This document shows positions 1 through 11,862 of a DNA stretch of 64,000 nt, one piece after another. The notes beneath the pieces were generated by a model that saw nothing but the letters and a program-made list of their open reading frames with translations, ran no database searches and was not told the origin of the DNA. How positions within the stretch are numbered: position 1 is the stretch's first letter; every line of letters begins with the position of its first letter. The position numbers and the translations under genes were made by a program. Source of the DNA: Lingula anatina (taxonomy: Eukaryota > Animalia > Brachiopoda); contig CM120648.1 in assembly GCA_051362555.1 (NCBI GenBank), positions 5,886,587 to 5,950,586 of the forward strand, in the 5' to 3' direction.

Positions 1-221
1 GCTATCATGAACTTTAACGACAGGCTACAAGGTCATAGACCACTACATGATGTCACAAAATTCTAGATGACGTCAACAACTTTACATGTGATGCTGGAAG
101 GTATCATTCACCCTGGCTTGAAAATGATAGGTTTGCATTTGATGAACCGAATCCTAATTTTTTTTGGTGTTGTATCCATGGAGTCCACCTGCACGACACT
201 TGGATGATGCATGTAAATGCG

Positions 222-3200
222 TTAAAGAGATCGTTCTTCCACCTTCAAAATGATAGGTTTTCCTGGACGATTTGGTTTGTCTTTTCTCGTTGTTATTTCA
301 GTCTGAAAATAAAGGTTATGAATACTCGTTAAAGTATTAATATAATCAAGCAGCAGGCCCGTAGCCAGGGGGGGTTCGGGGGGTTCAAAAGAACCCCCCT
401 TTTTGCTGGAAAAAGGTCCACTCTATGTAAAATTTGACCTACGTACATGGGGATTATATGGTAAAAGGTCTACTTTTTCAGAAAAAGAACCCCCCCCCCC
501 CTTTGAAATAGCTGGCTACGGGCCTGAGCAGTATGTTTTGTGACATGCCAAAACATATCAGGACTCATCCGAAATAAATTTATATAAGGTCGCAGCTATA
601 TATTTAAGCAAATTTTTATATCATTTTTACTCGCCACCTCAAACAAAATTAACTCTTTTTATACTGCCAAAGGATATGATAGACACATCAACAAGGAGGA
701 AAACACTTTAAATGAGCAGATGAAAAGTTGGCAACAATTTTATATGATCAGGGTTATAAGGGGGAAATTAGCCACTTGAAGCTGCGGCGACCATCATCTA
801 GGTTTTATTATTCCTCATTAAATGTAATCGGCACATCAAACCACACCAATCAATTCAGTATATCTCTGTCGACAGGTGTCACTACATGTTTCACCTACCG
901 GTGTTTCGTCACAGGTTTTGATGGTAAAACGCTGCAGTATTTTCACTAGGGCTATCTTCATCTCAAGCTTAGCCAGTCGCATACCAATACAATTTCGCGG
1001 TCCCATACCAAACCCCAAGAAAGCGAACTGGTGCCGTCTGGCTATGGCGTCCGGTGTAAACCTGGCAAAATGAGAAATTAGGATGTGCTGGACATGAACC
1101 AATTTGAAACATGGCGGGCAGCATTTTCCATAAAAAACTTACTTTCACTGTAGTAACGTACACATACGAATGTTAAACACGGCTCATTCTGCTTGAACCC
1201 CACCCCCACTCGCACCCCAGCCCCTCTGAATTTTGTGCCGCTCAATGTTAAAAGGGGCTTATTTAAGGAAATAACTGTTCCAAATAATGTGGTGGCGTGT
1301 GTGGGCGATAAAACTATGACAAATCTATGTATAATTTTTAAAATTTCAGCCGTCGACTTTTCAGGCTAAAAGACTTGATTCTGGAGATTCTTAATTGATA
1401 GTTGCTTATATTCTTTGTTTCATCCTCTACATCCAATGCAATTTAAAACAAGGTCTTTGGCCAAAGATTTAAGGGGGATTCTTTTTGTGAAAAATGGACC
1501 TTTTTGCCATAACGGGTGAGAAAATAGATCAATTATTGACTCGGAACATAGTATTCTTAACCAATAGGGCAGTTCGAAACCCCTTAACCCCGTTGGCCCG
1601 TACCGTGAGCCTCAAAACCAACATTTGTACCTTTCAGGATCGAATTTGTCCGGGTCGAGCCAGTAGTCCGGGTGTCTGTGTATGGTCTTGATTGGGATAA
1701 CACACGTGGTTCCCTTGGGTATCTTTAATCCACGCACCACCACGTCCTCCGTGGCTACCCGGTCTACCCTGGTAAGAGGGACGGGATAATTAATTTTTAT
1801 TCTTACATACAGGTATATTGTGTTACACGGGCAAAGCGATACGCATTGTATACAGGTTAAACCATTTCTTTTTAATATTTGGTTAAGCAAAGTCTAATAC
1901 ACTTGAACACGTCAGTCGCAGGGCTATTAAGGCGTATTTTAACATGTGGTCGAAATGGTTTAAAGGTATGGCCAGGTATTTCCTATTACTTTGACTTCAA
2001 GATATTGTTTGAAGAAGTTCTTAGTTAGTTGTTAGTTGAAATTGCTTTGCACATTCTACCGGCAGAGATGTCCACAAGTAAGAGCGCATTCTGAACAGCA
2101 CACTAACAGATCCTCGGATCAAATATGGCCGACTCACTTGGATGCTTGTTGCGCAATCTATTCAGTCCCTAATCATGAATTAAGAGGCAAGCTTTTGAAG
2201 GTCGCCATATTTGATCCGTGGATCTGTTAGTCCGTATTTCTGAATGCGCTCTAAGTGTTTCAGTTCCATGAGCTGAAGTAATGCAGATAATTAAGTTATA
2301 TTTTGAAAGGGGCTTGACTGAGTGTTCTTACCTGACGCCTGGAGGATAGAGTCTCAGGGTCTCTAAGATCACCTGTTCCAGGTAACCGAGGTTTTTAACA
2401 CTTTCGTACGTTGGATCACCCTGAATAAAGCAAAGAATAATTGCGCGTCAAATGCATATAATTACATCAATATTTCTGGCGGGCAAATTGAACTAGGGCT
2501 ACTGCACTGCACAGGTTGACTTTTCTTAAAGAAAGATTAGGTAAAGTATCAAACGGTATATCTGCAGCACAATAAACTTTATAATTCGTGAATAATCTCT
2601 CTCTCCCTCTCTCTCTCCCTCTTTATACCCCTTGTAGTTGCTCGTCTATCTCGCTGCGCAGCTTGTCTTGCACGTGCGGATGCGTTGCCAAGAAATACGA
2701 GGCAAAGGTCAGAGTCAGGGAAGTGGTGTCATAACCAGCCACAAGGAACAGAATTTCATTGGCTGCCATCTCGGCGCGTGTTAACGCTAAAATTTCAACA
2801 AATGCACACGTTATCACTGTGTGCAGCACATTACGTACAGCAAGACGCCAAGACCAATATGTTCCACAAAAATTACATGAAAGCTAACACCATGGCTGGA
2901 TTCAACGTAGAGACTAACAAGCATATGTTTCTTTGTGTGCTTCTTATGATTGTTTTTTATGAATATTGCTTGAATATTGCACAAGCTGTGACGACTTTTT
3001 CTGTGACGACTTAATTGGAACCAGGTCATTTATCAAATGTGTGTGATGTGCGTGTTTGCCTTTTTTCATGTAGTTAACACATAAAGGTACAAAGTATATT
3101 CACCCTTTTTCTTCCATTTCCCAACTTCCAGTTCGTCTTCGGACAATTCCGACTTCTGTATGCTCATGTTGTGAGAGTTCAACAGGAGTTGTACAAGGTC

Positions 3201-5687
3201 AGCATAATTCTAAACATCCAAATTAGATAGATTACCTTTAGCAAAATGAAAAAAGTTTGCAGCAAATATGCTGTAAACTATACGAACTGCGACAAGCAGT
3301 CTCAAGGAACAGGGTTTTGCAAAAAAGAAAAATTGTATCGCTGCAAATTTGCAGCAAAATTCCAAGAGCATCTTAAGTTTGTTGCTAGTTTGTAAGAAAG
3401 TATTCAGACCTCATTTGCATGGTAAAATACCTTCTTGCCAATATCAGCACATTTGCTGCACAATTTTCATTTTCTTACGGGTAACCGTTAAGGTAATATG
3501 ATTATACATGTATATAGATGGACACAAAAATCATATTTGGTTTTGATGAAATTCATTAACGAACTAACCAAGACGATTACACCATAGTTAGGCCTACGTG
3601 TACTTAAAGAACAAATACGAAGAGAAAACAAAATGAGATAAACTAACTATTAGTAAATATTCACGACCATTCCAATACCTTTTCACTGAGGTTAAGTGCT
3701 CTCTCTTTCTCCAATCGGTCAAGAATGTTAACGAAGAAGTTCATTGTCCTGACAAACGTCACATTGAAAAATACAAATACTGGCTTGAGAAACCTCATCA
3801 GGTACGGGAAGAAAGCTATAAAGATAGAAGGAAGAAAAATATAAAGATAGAAAAATAAAACACGAAAAAACAAATCAATAGATAAGGGTCATCCTACAAA
3901 AAGTGAACATTCGAATCATGTTGGTAACATTTTGTGCAATATTTGCATAATTTTGACTCGCTATTTATACTGTAGCACCATTCAATATGAAAAGAAATTA
4001 CGAGTGATCAAATATTACTTTTACGATGGCGTTCAACGTTACGGTGAAAATCGAAAAAGGCGTCAAAACAAGTATGTCCGTCTATTATAAGACAAATAGA
4101 CAATTTTTGAAAATTTTATGAACTAAGTTAGAGGTTTCCAAGGCCGAAAGTGTTATAGAACAAACATGCTACTTCGACACTGAGCTAGACCCTTCTCACA
4201 TCGTACAGGACAGTGTTATAATGACACAGCAGTTTGACAGACCCTTACGCGTAATTACGCAACGGGAATGTTTACCCTCTTTCCCAAGTCCTAGTAGTAA
4301 AGAATCAAACAAAATTAATACGGATTGCGTGACAGAGAGTCCCCAATGATAGAGAACCCGTCCCATTCATTTGTACAGGTAAGCCGCGCCCTAGATTTTG
4401 ACCCATTTAGGTTTGGCAAACCCTAACCATAATAACTAAAGGGAGGGTGGACTTTCTGTTTCACGGACCGTCTATTTACGCCGTCTTTAGCGCGGGGTCT
4501 CTGTTTGTGCGACTCTCTCCTGCTGCAAGTTTTTAAGTTGTCAGTCTCTCAAACCATACCGCTCAGTGACTAGAGGTCAAAGATGGAAATGTCCTCACGT
4601 AATATGAGAATGACGGGACTATGCAGGGACGGCTCCATCAGCTCCTTGGCGTTTTTTATAAAAGGGTGGTTCGGGTTGCCCTGGGCGTCCAGCTGGAGGC
4701 CAAAGCTAGTGCTGGCTATCACGTCCATTGTATAGGGATCGAACATCCTGGAACAAGACAGGTCCCCATTACGCCTTAAGTCCAGTAGTTTTTTTTCTCT
4801 AATGTTTCATCGCATTGGATATATGGTTTCAATATATCATTGTAAGAAATGGTGAGCTAAATCTCAGATGAATCATCGCAGTTTTCTGTTTAAAAAATCA
4901 ATTTGAAATGTATCTTATATGTCATTATACTACAAGAGACAATTGACTCGATAAAAAGCAGTTGGATAGAAATGGTTTAGAGTGAATTATGCCATAACGC
5001 CTTTTATCTCGTAACATAACAACACTTTACAATATAATTTCTACCTCTTAATATCAATGTCTTCGTCACCCTGAGCTTTTTTCTTCAGATTTTGGACAAG
5101 TCTGTCAGCGCATGCAAGGATCAGTGCTTCCATCTTTAAAAAGGGCACCAATGGAAATTATATAAAATTCAAAAGAACCGATAAGTCTTTATCAGAAGTG
5201 GAGTGGTCATTTATTCTCAAAAATTTTCGCTGAATCTCTGTGAGGAAATGTCAGCAGATAACCAATTAACTTGAACCCACAGCACAAAAAATGTACACAG
5301 AATTAGCCAAAGGAAGATCCGTGAAAATATATATAGTGACAAAATCTTCCTGCGGTCCCTGAACTAGTAGAGGATAATAACTTATAAAGCGAAAATCACA
5401 ATAATTACAGAAATTCTTTTATGCTTTAAGAGGATTAATTTATGATGCGTTTTAGTTCTTTTACCACTCTTAATATTACACGTTTAATTCAACTTTAGGT
5501 TATAATAATAATAATAATAATAAGCAGTAGTAGTAGTATTTACCTGTTTTAACTTTCCAGAGCTAAATGCCGGGGTGATGGTGCTTCGCATTTGTTTCCA
5601 GTGTTCTCCCTTAGAAAACGTTAGAGACTGGTTAAAAGGCTCAAACATCGGGGCTGGGTCCTCCTAGAGAATAAACTTATATCTTGG

Positions 5688-5726
<39 letters not shown>

Positions 5727-8008
5727 GTGTATGTATGTGTGTGTCATTAATGTGACACAATGTTCTAATACAAAAGGACTAAACATACCTACATTGTATA
5801 TTCTTTTAAAATCTTTGCTACTCACAGTCATCATATAATTTAACGTGCCCTTGATAATCATTGTATAACTCCAACATATCACTGTTAAAAGTGTTGTTTG
5901 AAATGGAATAAAATCTCCAAACTTTAGTAGAAACATCGGAAATGAGCCAAAACTTACATTTCTGTCCGTGAAAGAACTGGCCCGTCTAACCATGATTTCC
6001 TTTAAAATGTCCAGGTCGGCCACAAGGATATCTCCAATACGCCCGCTACCGTTGATGCTACAATCATATCATCATACCTTAGCTTATATAAAGGATTCAT
6101 CAATTTTTTTGCCCACTTTACATTTTCTTTATATCTTAAAATAGCTTTTTTCTTCACAATTAAAACTCTTTTTCGATACAATTTGAGGAATGATTTAAAG
6201 GAATAGAATCGTTTCATTAAAATGTTGAAATAAACAAACAACGCATATTATATTTTTACGAATGATAGGCATCAATTTGTTATTCAGTGATATCTAAAAC
6301 ATGTTACTATAAAACAAAGGAAATGAGGAGTGACTTACGCTACAAGTTTACCATATTTTTGCACCATGGCAGCATCGAATCCAATCAAACCCTATAAAAA
6401 CACAAGCGATAACACTGAATTCATCGATATTACGTTAAAGATTTAATTGCGAAATCTGAACTTAAAATGCATACTGTATACGCACGGTCAAATTGAGATA
6501 CCTTACATAAACCTGCTTATGGAGGTGTAATCAAGGAAAATATCTTATTTAAGCAATGAAATAATGGATCCAGCTATTACCAAATTAATGAATACAGCCA
6601 CCAGAAAAATAATGAGAACAGTCACTCTTATGCAATCATCCCACAAAAATCGTCCCCACTATCAGAGCTACCAAATGTATAGGCACGCAACGGTTAAAAA
6701 GTATACATAGTGTAAGTACTCTTGAATAAGTATGAAAATATCGGTCGGGGTATAAACGTGTTTGATAGTTTCAACTCGTTGTCATCGTCACTAAAATACA
6801 TGTACACTATAACTCGAGGTCTTTTTCACCGTTGTACGATCCTCGCTGTAAACAAAACCCCAGTGAACCCATAAAAAAAAACAAAGTCGGACTTTACCTT
6901 ATTGATGACTTCCAGGGTGTTACCAAGGACTGGTAGCGGAGTGGGTCCGGGAAGATTGAATTTTCTCCTGTTATCATATACCCAATAGGTGTAGCTGAAA
7001 AATATTACACCTTCAAAGTTATTGTTACCTAAATGCCCTTCAAGACCCATACTTTTCTTTTTGGTCGATAAAGGACTATATTTACAAATGAAAAACAAAC
7101 GAGCATGATTACAAACCCCATCCCATACGCCTTTGCATACCAAAATGTTGCACATCATTTGCTTCATTTCTTTATTTGGCTCTAGTATAGCGAAATAAAT
7201 TATCAATTACAGAAAACCAACAGGTACCCTCTACCTACATGTAGCGGAGCAAAAAGGAATTTCCGCTAGATATTCACTGAGATTTCCTTGATTACACTGT
7301 GAAAATTTACTAAACATCAATGGAAATCATTAGAGTTTTAAAACTCAAAAACGATTTTTTCAGGAATGGATAGGGTTTACCTTGGCAATTAATAAAGAAT
7401 TACTTAGAAATTAAATTCCAGGAAATACAGTGCAGGTTGACTTTTCTTTACACTGTTAACATGTTTTTCGTCTATTTGCATTAGCACTTTTGGTCCCGTT
7501 ACATTGTCATGTATTAAAATCTGACACTTTCTAAATTGCGTTCTCAGTTTGTTTTACGTCTGTTTTACGCCTACTCGAGCGATCGCCGTCCTGTCCTTGG
7601 CGTACTTAAAAACGGCAGTGCTTACTCTAGATTTCTTTTTATCTAGCTATTACAAGTGGGTCAAATTGAAAACACATTGCTGTGTTAAAGTAATATATGC
7701 AGACACTAGTGGTCGGGACAATAGCACAAATACTGTACCTTCAATAAAAACTGCGACCTGTATTTTTGCAATTCAGTCGCAATCGTTATGATTTCAATCA
7801 ACCCATCATATTATTCTATAAGCAATACAACTAATGCATATGTGGACATGCTAGCATATGCCTCGAAGAATCAGTCTCCATAGCGCTATACCCTGATACC
7901 ATTGTGCCTCGTTCAATTCACTTACATTATGATGAACGTCACCGCTAAGACCACCAGTGACAACCAGGTGGGCGGGGCCAGCCAGCCTATGGACGCACTA
8001 GCCTCCAT
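222..8008 (-). CDS. Cytochrome P450, clan 3 (CYP3A-like), 14 coding exons, ~520 aa
   Basis: Hand-spliced GT-AG exons (minus): 8008-7926, 6994-6898, 6391-6339, 6057-5958, 5663-5544, 5133-5045, 4747-4599, 3815-3679, 3209-3104, 2786-2629, 2420-2332, 1768-1631, 1061-899, 302-222. Phases are consistent, total 1563 nt. Motifs: N-terminal anchor, PGPTPLP hinge, WKQMR, I-helix AGYDTT, ETLR, PERF, heme FGMGPRNCIG. Confidence 0.93.
354..526. mobile_element. GC-rich MITE in the last CYP intron
   Basis: Perfect 15-bp terminal inverted repeat caggcccgtagccag / ctggctacgggcctg, flanked by 5-bp direct repeat agcag (349-353, 527-531). Confidence 0.85.
2082..2251. mobile_element. PIF/Harbinger (Tourist)-type MITE
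   Basis: Long imperfect TIRs gagcgcattc..ctaacagatcc.cggatcaaatatggc / gccatatttgatccgtggatctgttag..gaatgcgctc, with TAA on both sides. Confidence 0.82.
3232..3484. mobile_element. ~250-bp MITE-like inverted-repeat element in CYP intron 8
   Basis: Left end ttaccttt..aaaatgaaaa..tgcagcaaatatgctg matches the reverse complement of right end cagcacatttgctgcacaattttcattttcttacgggtaa; internal gcagcaaa/tttgc subrepeats. Confidence 0.65.
4329..4469 (+). repeat. Dispersed ~150-bp repeat (gtgacagagag...gacccatt...ccctaacc...ggtggact...cacggacc family)
   Basis: Homologous copies at ~10872-11022, ~20809-20955, ~32252-32400 and inverted at ~48114-48261; more diverged relatives near 15357, 25580 and 56385. 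Confidence 0.75.
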
Positions 8009-8434
8009 CTTATTGCGGGAAGGCGACTACAGGTCTAGAAGTAATAAAGCCCGTGCCTCACTTTAAAGGCTAGCACGACGGTATTGCACCACCAGAGGAA
8101 ACTGGGTCAGGTGCACGCGAGATGACCCACTCCACGGAGTCTAAGCCTAGCGGTTAAAGGTGACTGTGATAACGACAATTATTGCTCAATAGCACGTAAG
8201 GTAAATTATTGGCGCAACTTATAAGGATTATAGAACTTGTAAATGTAATGTTAATTAGTTATAGATATAATTTTTATATTAGAATTAGAACTGGTCACAT
8301 TACCTAATTATGCATAAATCTGTTGGCCTTTTTATACATTTTTTGATTGAATCAGTATATTATTTTGATGAACATGTTACTATATGGGACATATTCAAAA
8401 GAAAATTATTATGAAAATTAATAGTATGTTGAAA

Positions 8435-8710
8435 CTAGAAAAGCACTCCGCAGACCTCCGCCAAGGCAGCAAAGTCTCCACCCAATGCTGTTTCACCCTA
8501 AATTTTCATTCTATAATGATTAAGTTTTTTTATTATTGATTGATTATTGATAATTGATCCCGATCACCACCAAAAACTAATCACTTCTAAGTTAACCCAT
8601 TTCTGACCTACCGTGAAAATTCCATCGAAATTCATCCATAACTTTTTGAGATATGTTGATGACAAACAAACAGACAGGGGTGAAAACACAACCTCCTTGG
8701 CGGAGGTAAT
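8435..8710 (-). mobile_element. Non-autonomous Helentron-type (HINE/DINE-1-like) element
   Basis: Subterminal inverted repeat acctccgccaagg / ccttggcggaggt, internal (caaa/gaca) microsatellite, ctagaaaagcactc end; second copy at 11159-11473 and an inverted end fragment at 46494-46532. Confidence 0.7.
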
Positions 8711-10231
8711 AAGAATTTAAATTTGTCCTTATTTATTAAAGTCAAATTGTTTTGTTCCGGTGGCCAGTTTTAAATTATTTTATGCGAGACACGGTCTGCT
8801 ATATATTTAATTGGTCAATTTTCATATTCTTGTAAAAGCATGTCTTGAATTAAAGAAACATTATTCTTATTTGAAAACCTTCAATTAAGTAGGATGATGC
8901 GAAAATTGTGCAAAGTGATCTTATTTCGGGAATAATTGTCCATTAATCGATTTGTGTTTATGTATTTAATGAATTGCATGTCAGTATCTTCGCTGCTGTC
9001 CTGCCCAATGGCGACATCACACATGAAAATATAATTGATTTAACGCATTGTAAAAGATAATGGAAATTCCTATATTGTTATAAACGTGAAATCTGATGTA
9101 TTTTAAGGGAAAAATACAGGTCGTTTTTAAAATGTCTGATGCCTTTTGATCCTTGCTAAAAAAAACTTCATTGAATTAGAAACAGCCATCACCTTAGCTA
9201 GTTTTTCCGTGTAGTGTATTGGTATCGCTGTAACTCATTTGCAACAAAAAGCAAGGATATGGTATCTAACCTTTTCATAAAAAATTTGTATGATAACCTT
9301 TAGATAGTAACTTCAATTATTGAGCCTAACACACCGTCACGACACTCAACACGACAGCTCTGATTTTATGCAGAAGTGTGAAAATGTTCATTGGACCCTG
9401 CGAAAAGATTCATGTGCATGTAATAAATACATTTAGTGTCAGCCGAAGTGTGCTTCATGCTTTTGTCTATTTTTCAAATGGGACACGTATGCCTACTAGC
9501 TTCACCCCAGGAATACGTAGTGTTTTAGCCAGGCATGATTGAAAGTATATGTGAGTAATACGCAATGCACTCCTCAAGTGCAACTCAAAAATACACTCCC
9601 CGGCGTATTCTGAAAGTTAATTTTTTTCAAGAAATAAAGAAATTGATAGCGATTTCAATAAAATATTTAAGAAAGCCCCTTCCTTACTATTCCGTTAACG
9701 TTTAATTAGAGCTAGATCTTAGATTAGAGGAATCTGAGCACCTGTCCTAACACCAATATTTCTAAAATTGTCAAAGACGTTGCTTCTATGCGCTTTTTAA
9801 TTTGCTCGCTACTTATTAAGCTTTATTATCACATACATTATATGATAATATTATTAAACCACCATCTTGCTATTATTCCATTGTTTTAAATTATAATATA
9901 TTTTCATGCAGACATTGCACCTGCGACATACTGATCTCAACTACTGATTGTCTTTATTACAATAGGTCAGCATGGGAAAACGCATCATAACAAGCTTTCA
10001 TGTATTTTAATGTTTTCGACCCAGTAATATTCTGTAAGTGCTTTAGAAATCAAATTCCCTTTCACGCAACTTTTAAGCCACTGTCTACTATATAAGTTAA
10101 GAGGAACACAGGTCAAAGTGGATGAAAGGTCATCCGAATTCCTTGATGGCAATAACCAATAGATCGCCAATTAGTATATCATTTTAGCCCTCGCAATACG
10201 GCCATGGAAATGTTTTAGACAATCTTACATT

Positions 10232-11816
10232 TTAAATGTGAGTAATGATAATTGCTATCAAAGCCTGCCATAACATTGGATTGTACTGGGCTCGAGAAAG
10301 AGAAGATAAAGGGCGATCGGGATTCCGTCTTCCAGATGGGGTATCTGCAGAGGAACTTCCGTTTCTCACGACACTGACGTCAAAATCTATTCCTTTGTAA
10401 GAAATCTGACGGTGAGAATTCTTTATAAAAGCTTCAACTTGATCCAGGTAGTCCTCAAACAATTGGTTAGCATCACGCACACGGCGGACGCTCTGCTTGA
10501 GAGTAATTGGTACTGTAACCATCAAGTTCTCTCTCTCCCTGTAGGGTAGTGAGCACCACCCATCACGAAATCCTCCCTCCGTTTTGGTCTTCCACGCGCC
10601 ACGTGGTGAAAAGTGAGATAAATCTACCTTTCCGAAAATCGTGAAGTCAATGAGACAGAGTGGTATTAGTTCACATGGACTTTTAACGGGTTGTTTCGGA
10701 CTGAGTTTAAAAGTCAAGTTGAATTCCAAGTTCATGATGAAATCAAGGGGCAGAGAGCACCACTTTTCATCCACTTGACATTCTTCAGTCTGCTTACAGG
10801 TGTCCTAAAAATAAAATCCAAATGATTTAGGAGCAAAATGGTTATATGTGATCATTTGGCAAACCACGAACAGGTGTTATGTGACAGAGAGTTCCCCATG
10901 ATAGAAAGTGTGGTTCCCATTAATTTGGCAAAGGTAAGTCTCGCCCTATTTTGACCCCATTACTTTAGGCTTACCCTAACCTGTGTAATTAAATTGTGGG
11001 CGGACCCTCTGTAACACGGACCCCTGTTTCGGCACAACGGACCACTTGCTTCAACAAATTTTGTCAAATGTCACATTCAGCAATTTAGTGTCTACGTACT
11101 TAAACATTGCAAACAGCAGTGATGGGCCAATTGGAAAGTAATCATGTATTTAAATAAGCTAGAAAAGCACTCCGAGAGTACAGATCTCCGGGCCGCCAAG
11201 GCAGCAAAGTCTCCACCCAATGTAGTTTCACCCCTAAATTTCATTCTATAATGGTTAATTTTTTTATTTTTGATTATTGATTATTGATTGATTATTGATC
11301 CGGATCACCACCAAAAGCTAATCATCTGTTCCTTGGCCCACCCTGACAGTTCCTGAAAATTTTATCAAAATCGGTCCATAACTTTTTGAGTTATGTTGAT
11401 GACAGACAGACAGACAGACAAACAAACAAACAAACGGGTAAAACATACATATAACATCCTTGGCAGAGGTAATGACAAGTTGCCCTGATGCGATCAATTC
11501 TATCAAAACTAAGATAATAAATTTATATTTGATACTTATTTCACATAATTGAATGGAATTGAATTCTTCAGAAGATTTATTTAAACAATACATATATATA
11601 TATATATTTATATTTTTAAACTACAGTTCAAAGTAACACCATTGCGGAAAAGACGCCCAAGGGATTTAAGCTGAAGAATAGTACGTGCTTACCTGATTCC
11701 AACTTTCTTTGCATTGTGCTTCTCTTTGATAATCTATCAAAGCGGAAAGGCCCTGAGGTTCGAATCCCTTGCTCACTATCTCACCTTCTGTTTAAAGATC
11801 AATCAATAATTTGATA

Positions 11817-11862
<46 letters not shown>

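Noticed and set aside
4419-4430. ccctaacc motifs as telomeric repeats
   Set aside because: Single motifs inside a dispersed repeat, not tandem arrays.
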